From: Thermodesulfobacteriota bacterium
GTDB taxonomy: Bacteria; Desulfobacterota_D; UBA1144; Nemesobacterales; JAJCZQ01
DNA length: 64,000 bases
Reading direction: 5' to 3'
Assembly (NCBI GenBank): GCA_965203965.1
Contig: CBDBDR010000017.1
Coordinates: forward strand, 288,001-352,000
Made by a program: the position numbers and the translations under genes
The notes under the pieces: model-generated
Database searches by the model: none
The model's input: the letters and a program-made list of their open reading frames with translations, nothing else
What the model was told of the DNA's origin: nothing
Shown here: positions 60,687-64,000 of the stretch, one piece after another
How positions within the stretch are numbered: position 1 is the first letter of the stretch
Layout of the letters: each line of letters starts with the position of its first letter

Positions 60687-63293
60687 ATGGTAAAAATAAA
60701 AGTTCACAAATTATCCAAAGAGATTGGAAAAGATAGCAAGGAAATAATTAAGTTTGCCAACAAACAGTATGGTCTGAAATTAACAAGTCATACAAGTGGG
60801 ATCGATGAGAATATTGCATCCAATCTAAGGAAAGACATTCTCAGAAAAGGCAGTATGGTCTCTAAAACTGAAGCCGATGATAAAGAACAGGTGAAAGTAT
60901 ATAAAAAAGAGGATGGTCAAGAGGTTGTTGAAAGAAGAAAAGGTGGCAGGGTTACATTAAGACGGAAAAAGAAAAAAGTTGAGGACGATCATCAAGAAAT
61001 TGACGTTAAGGAGCCTACCCTTGCAGATGGGCAGACTGGTGTTGATGGAGAAATTAATAAAGATGAATTAAAAACAAATGTGAATGAGTCTGCCGGGGAT
61101 GTCTTGAGCGAGCCAGACCATATTGATGGAAAATCAGAGGAATCCGTTAGTTTAGATGATCCCTCCATAGAAGACACAGAGGTTGAATCTGAAGCAAAAG
61201 AAACACCGGAAGTAAAAGCGGAACCGGTCACGGGTGCCACAGATGCGAAAGCAGATGTAAAAAAAGAAAGTCCAAAAAAGAATAAATCCCAGCGAGCAAA
61301 AATAAGCAAAAAAGACATAATTGATCAGGAAACACTTGATGAACTCAGAAGTGCTTTCAGAACCAAATTCCCATCCATTAAAAAAGAGTACGTAGTTAAA
61401 GATAAAAAACCCAAACCCAAGCAGTTTGACCACGGAAGAAGAAACAAGAGAGTAGGGGACAGGGACAGTGGTGCAGATATTCAGAATAATGGGAATTTGC
61501 AACCTCTGCCAATAAATAAAACTCTAAGTGAGAGCACTGAGAAAAAGCCCATAAAAATAGGTGAGACGATCGTGGTCAATGAGCTTGCCAAAAAAATGAG
61601 CGTAAAGGGTGTTGACTTGATCAAAAAGCTACTGAAACTTGGAACACCTTCTACCATAAATCAGGTGATTGATAATGATACGGCAACGATCGTTGCAGGT
61701 GAATTCGGGTATGAGGTAGTAATTCAAAAGTTTGAAGAACAAGACTTCCTGATAGATGACCTTGAAGAGGGTGAAGAAAAATTGGTAAGCAGACCTCCCG
61801 TTGTAACGTTGATGGGGCACGTTGACCATGGGAAGACAACGTTACTGGATTCTATTCGTCAAACAAAAGTGGTTGACTTTGAAGCAGGTGGAATAACCCA
61901 ACATATAGACGCTTATAAAGTTGTCGTAAATAATAGGACAATAGTTTTTGTTGATACACCTGGGCATGAAGCATTCACGTCAATGCGATCCCGTGGTGCA
62001 AGCATAACTGACATAGTGATCTTAGTCGTGGCGGCAGATGACGGTGTTATGCCCCAGACAGTGGAGGCTATTAATCACGCCAAGGCTGCCGAGGTTCCGT
62101 TGATAGTTGCAATAAATAAAATTGATAAGGAAGAGGCAGACACTGAAAAGATCAAGAGGCAACTATCCGAGATCGGAATGATAGCAGAAGAGTGGGGTGG
62201 AGATGCTCTATTTGCAGAAGTTTCAGCTAAGGCAAAGAGAGGTATAGACGATTTGCTTGAGTTAATTTTGCTTCAGGCGGACATTATGGAGCTAAAAGCA
62301 GTTGCTGACAAACGCGCTAACGGTGTTGTTATAGAAGCAAAGTTGGATAAAGGTAGAGGGCCTGTATCAACGATGCTGGTAACTGAGGGGACTTTGAAGA
62401 TCAGTGACATTGTTACCTGTGGAGTGTATTCAGGAAAAGTTCGTGCTTTACGGGATGAAAACGGGAAAAATCTGAAAAGTGCTGGGCCTTCAATACCCGT
62501 GGAAGTAATGGGTATTTCGGGAGTGCCTTCAGCAGGTGAGAAATTCCATGTTGTAAAAGATGAAAAAATTGCAAAGGAAATAATTGCACACAGGGAGACC
62601 AAATCAAGGCAAGTAACTCAGACACCATCTACTAAAGTTTCATTGGAATCTCTCTTTTCCAACGTGGAAGAAGGTGAGACAAAAGAACTTGTATTGATAA
62701 TTAAAGCTGATACTCAAGGGTCTGTTGAAGCCTTGAAAGAGTCAATAAGTAAATTAAGCAATGAAAAATGCAAAGTTAATTTTATCCATTCAGCCGTCGG
62801 TGGTATTAATGAGTCTGACGTTGTTCTTGCAAGTGCATCGAACGCCGTTGTTGTTGGGTTTAACGTTAGGCCTAATACAAATGCGCTGAAAATTGCAGAA
62901 TCTGAAGGAATTTCCCTGGAGCTTCATAGCATTATATATGACGTCGTAAATAGAATTAAAAATGCTATGGAGGGATTGCTAAAGCCCATTGTAAAGGAGG
63001 AGATCAATGGACATGCAGAGGTCAAAGAGACATTTCGTATTTCAAAAATTGGAACAATTGCGGGCTGCATAGTCTCTGATGGTGTTATACGTAGAGACGA
63101 TAATATAAGGGTGTTAAGGGATTCAGTTGTTATATACGATGGGAAATTGAAATCTTTGAAAAGATTCAAAGATGACGTCAAAGAAGTTCAATCCGGATAT
63201 GAATGTGGGATAAGCATTGAAAATTTTAATGATATTAAGATCAGTGATACCCTAGAACTCTATCATCTGGAGGAGTTTAAGCAAGAGCTATAG
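60687..63293 (+). CDS. infB: Translation initiation factor IF-2
   Basis: [31 protein letters not shown]. Confidence 0.98.
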   Translation: MVKIKVHKLSKEIGKDSKEIIKFANKQYGLKLTSHTSGIDENIASNLRKDILRKGSMVSKTEADDKEQVKVYKKEDGQEVVERRKGGRVTLRRKKKKVEDDHQEIDVKEPTLADGQTGVDGEINKDELKTNVNESAGDVLSEPDHIDGKSEESVSLDDPSIEDTEVESEAKETPEVKAEPVTGATDAKADVKKESPKKNKSQRAKISKKDIIDQETLDELRSAFRTKFPSIKKEYVVKDKKPKPKQFDHGRRNKRVGDRDSGADIQNNGNLQPLPINKTLSESTEKKPIKIGETIVVNELAKKMSVKGVDLIKKLLKLGTPSTINQVIDNDTATIVAGEFGYEVVIQKFEEQDFLIDDLEEGEEKLVSRPPVVTLMGHVDHGKTTLLDSIRQTKVVDFEAGGITQHIDAYKVVVNNRTIVFVDTPGHEAFTSMRSRGASITDIVILVVAADDGVMPQTVEAINHAKAAEVPLIVAINKIDKEEADTEKIKRQLSEIGMIAEEWGGDALFAEVSAKAKRGIDDLLELILLQADIMELKAVADKRANGVVIEAKLDKGRGPVSTMLVTEGTLKISDIVTCGVYSGKVRALRDENGKNLKSAGPSIPVEVMGISGVPSAGEKFHVVKDEKIAKEIIAHRETKSRQVTQTPSTKVSLESLFSNVEEGETKELVLIIKADTQGSVEALKESISKLSNEKCKVNFIHSAVGGINESDVVLASASNAVVVGFNVRPNTNALKIAESEGISLELHSIIYDVVNRIKNAMEGLLKPIVKEEINGHAEVKETFRISKIGTIAGCIVSDGVIRRDDNIRVLRDSVVIYDGKLKSLKRFKDDVKEVQSGYECGISIENFNDIKISDTLELYHLEEFKQEL

Positions 63294-63302
63294 AATACAT
63301 TT

Positions 63303-63593
63303 ATGGTTGTCGGTTTAATAAGGTTTGAAATATACATACATGCCAGCAGGTCTTTAAAAGATAAAAGAAGAGTAGTAAAAAGTCTTGTAGAAAAGGTCAG
63401 GTCTGAGTTCCAAAATTTTTCAGTTTCCGAAGTAGGTTCAAACGATCTATGGAAAAGATCCGAAATTGGTGTTGCTACTGTATCAAACGATGCACAGTTG
63501 GTTAATTCAAATCTGGATCGTGTTTTGAGCTACGTGAAAAATAGAGGATCTTATGAGATAATTTCCAGTAATATTGAGCTTATCAACTTTTAG
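63303..63593 (+). CDS. DUF503 (YlxP) protein
   Basis: SLKDKRRVVKSL, SVSEV..NDLW; between infB and rbfA. Confidence 0.9.
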   Translation: MVVGLIRFEIYIHASRSLKDKRRVVKSLVEKVRSEFQNFSVSEVGSNDLWKRSEIGVATVSNDAQLVNSNLDRVLSYVKNRGSYEIISSNIELINF

Positions 63594-63601
63594 GGGTTTT
63601 A

Positions 63602-63958
63602 ATGAGAGAACACAGCTACAAAAGATCCAGGCGCGTTGGTGAACAATTAATGCGCGAGGTGTCAAATATGATAACACTTGGAGAGATAAAAGACCCCAGA
63701 GTGAGACCAGTTGTTATAACAAACTTTTCTCTGTCCGATGATATGGGGTATTTGAAACTTTACTTTACCAACCTTTCAGATGATCTTGATAGTAACAGCG
63801 TTGAGGAATGCTTGAATGCTGCCGCGGGATTTATAAGGAAAAAAGTTGGGGACAAAGTAAGATTGAAAAAGCTGCCCAAGATAGAGTTTGCATACGATAC
63901 AGTATTGGAGAGTGGTTATAAAGTGGATGATATTATCAGAGAGATAAACCGTGATTGA
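63602..63958 (+). CDS. rbfA: Ribosome-binding factor A
   Basis: R..RVGE, IKDPRV, AAGFIR, PKIEFAYD. Confidence 0.93.
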   Translation: MREHSYKRSRRVGEQLMREVSNMITLGEIKDPRVRPVVITNFSLSDDMGYLKLYFTNLSDDLDSNSVEECLNAAAGFIRKKVGDKVRLKKLPKIEFAYDTVLESGYKVDDIIREINRD

Positions 63959-64000
63959 AATAGATAGAATGTCGAAAGCTATATTAGGATGCACGGAGAT
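63951..64000 (+). CDS. Start of the next gene (partial; possibly DHH phosphoesterase by synteny)
   Basis: Open frame from a GTG overlapping the rbfA end; identity inferred from gene order only. Confidence 0.3.
   Translation, partial: MIEIDRMSKAILGCTE

Overview
AT-rich bacterial chromosome segment. The lineage cannot be fixed from sequence alone; the CxxxY CcmE, CobA-HemD fusion and gene order suggest a Desulfobacterota/Dadabacteria-like organism (inference). The housekeeping backbone holds ssrA-smpB, a porin, ispG, tRNA-fMet, pepF, hpt, folate genes, aapJQMP, tkt-pgi-rpiA, a heterodimeric ABC exporter, gltA, rarA, gloA, a ccm operon, rsmE, cobA-hemD, uvrB and rimP-nusA-infB-rbfA. Three accessory blocks interrupt it. 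(1) About 23.3-27.8 kb: a probable internally deleted IS1595-family element carrying an intact single-chain type IIG/ISP-like R-M gene. (2) About 31.1-32.7 kb: an internally deleted IS1595 element carrying hicAB. (3) About 43.1-56.6 kb: a type I R-M locus whose hsdS-hsdR interval is a tandem array. In that array, four copies of the hsdS 3' end each precede a cargo: a HEPN-motif domain fused in frame to HsdS, an ABC/AAA ATPase stub followed by a phage-like fragment (twice), and a CapV-like patatin. The units are joined through repeated copies of the operator and 5' end of an AAA_14/DUF4143 gene. This hsdS-tail cassette array and the HsdS-HEPN fusion are the best candidates for an undescribed defence architecture. 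All protein family calls come from motif recognition; no database search was run.
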